Virus record (IMG/VR): IMGVR_UViG_3300016471_000988
Coordinates: 62,791-126,790 of that record
Direction: 5' to 3' (one strand)
Origin: a virus
Length of the DNA stretch: 64,000 nucleotides
Shown: piece after piece, positions 63,987-64,000 of the stretch
Position numbering within the stretch: position 1 is the stretch's first letter
How the letters are laid out: every line of letters begins with the position of its first letter
The notes under the pieces: generated by a model
Told to the model about the DNA's origin: nothing
Databases searched by the model: none
What the model saw: only the letters and a program-made list of their open reading frames with translations
Made by a program: the position numbers and the translations under genes

Positions 63987-64000
63987 ACTCCTATTATGGC

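Noticed and set aside
1-64000. CRISPR array, IS element/transposase, integrase, DGR or reverse transcriptase
   Set aside because: I saw no regularly spaced repeats and recognised no such protein motifs in the ORF track.
1-64000. Stop-codon reassignment
   Set aside because: Core genes (gp43, gp46, uvsW, uvsX) are full length in the standard code and coding density is high.

Overview
64-kb segment of a large, AT-rich T4-like (myovirus-type) phage genome, not a cellular chromosome. 0-12.5 kb: replication/recombination core (uvsX, family-B DNA polymerase, gp46/gp47, late sigma gp55, uvsW, uvsY) with a stand-alone class-II glutamine amidotransferase, QueC and a glycosyltransferase embedded in it. 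FolE, QueD and QueE lie at 19-24 kb, completing a 7-deazaguanine (preQ0, possibly G+) pathway; no DpdA is visible in the window. 12.5-28.7 kb: late genes, many with T4 internal-protein-like N-terminal propeptides, including a PD-(D/E)xK nuclease, a HIGH-motif nucleotidyltransferase coupled to an RNA-ligase-like protein, a retropepsin-like protease and an L,D-transpeptidase-fold protein. 28.8-49.3 kb: a glycan island with about 15 glycosyltransferase-like genes, 4 methyltransferases, 4 NDP-sugar epimerases/reductases and a heptose-kinase-like gene. After that: a tmRNA with a 33-residue acidic tag, a lysis cassette, heme oxygenase plus a PcyA-like bilin reductase, an Hc1-like protein, an atypical initiator-like tRNA(CAU), and small early genes with their own promoters. 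The most striking cross-cutting pattern is that start codons sit 6-7 nt behind sigma70-type -10 boxes, or 4-6 nt behind gp55 late boxes. This suggests largely leaderless mRNAs, and with the odd tRNA and tmRNA it may form a phage translation-control module. All family assignments come from motif recognition by eye; no database search was run.
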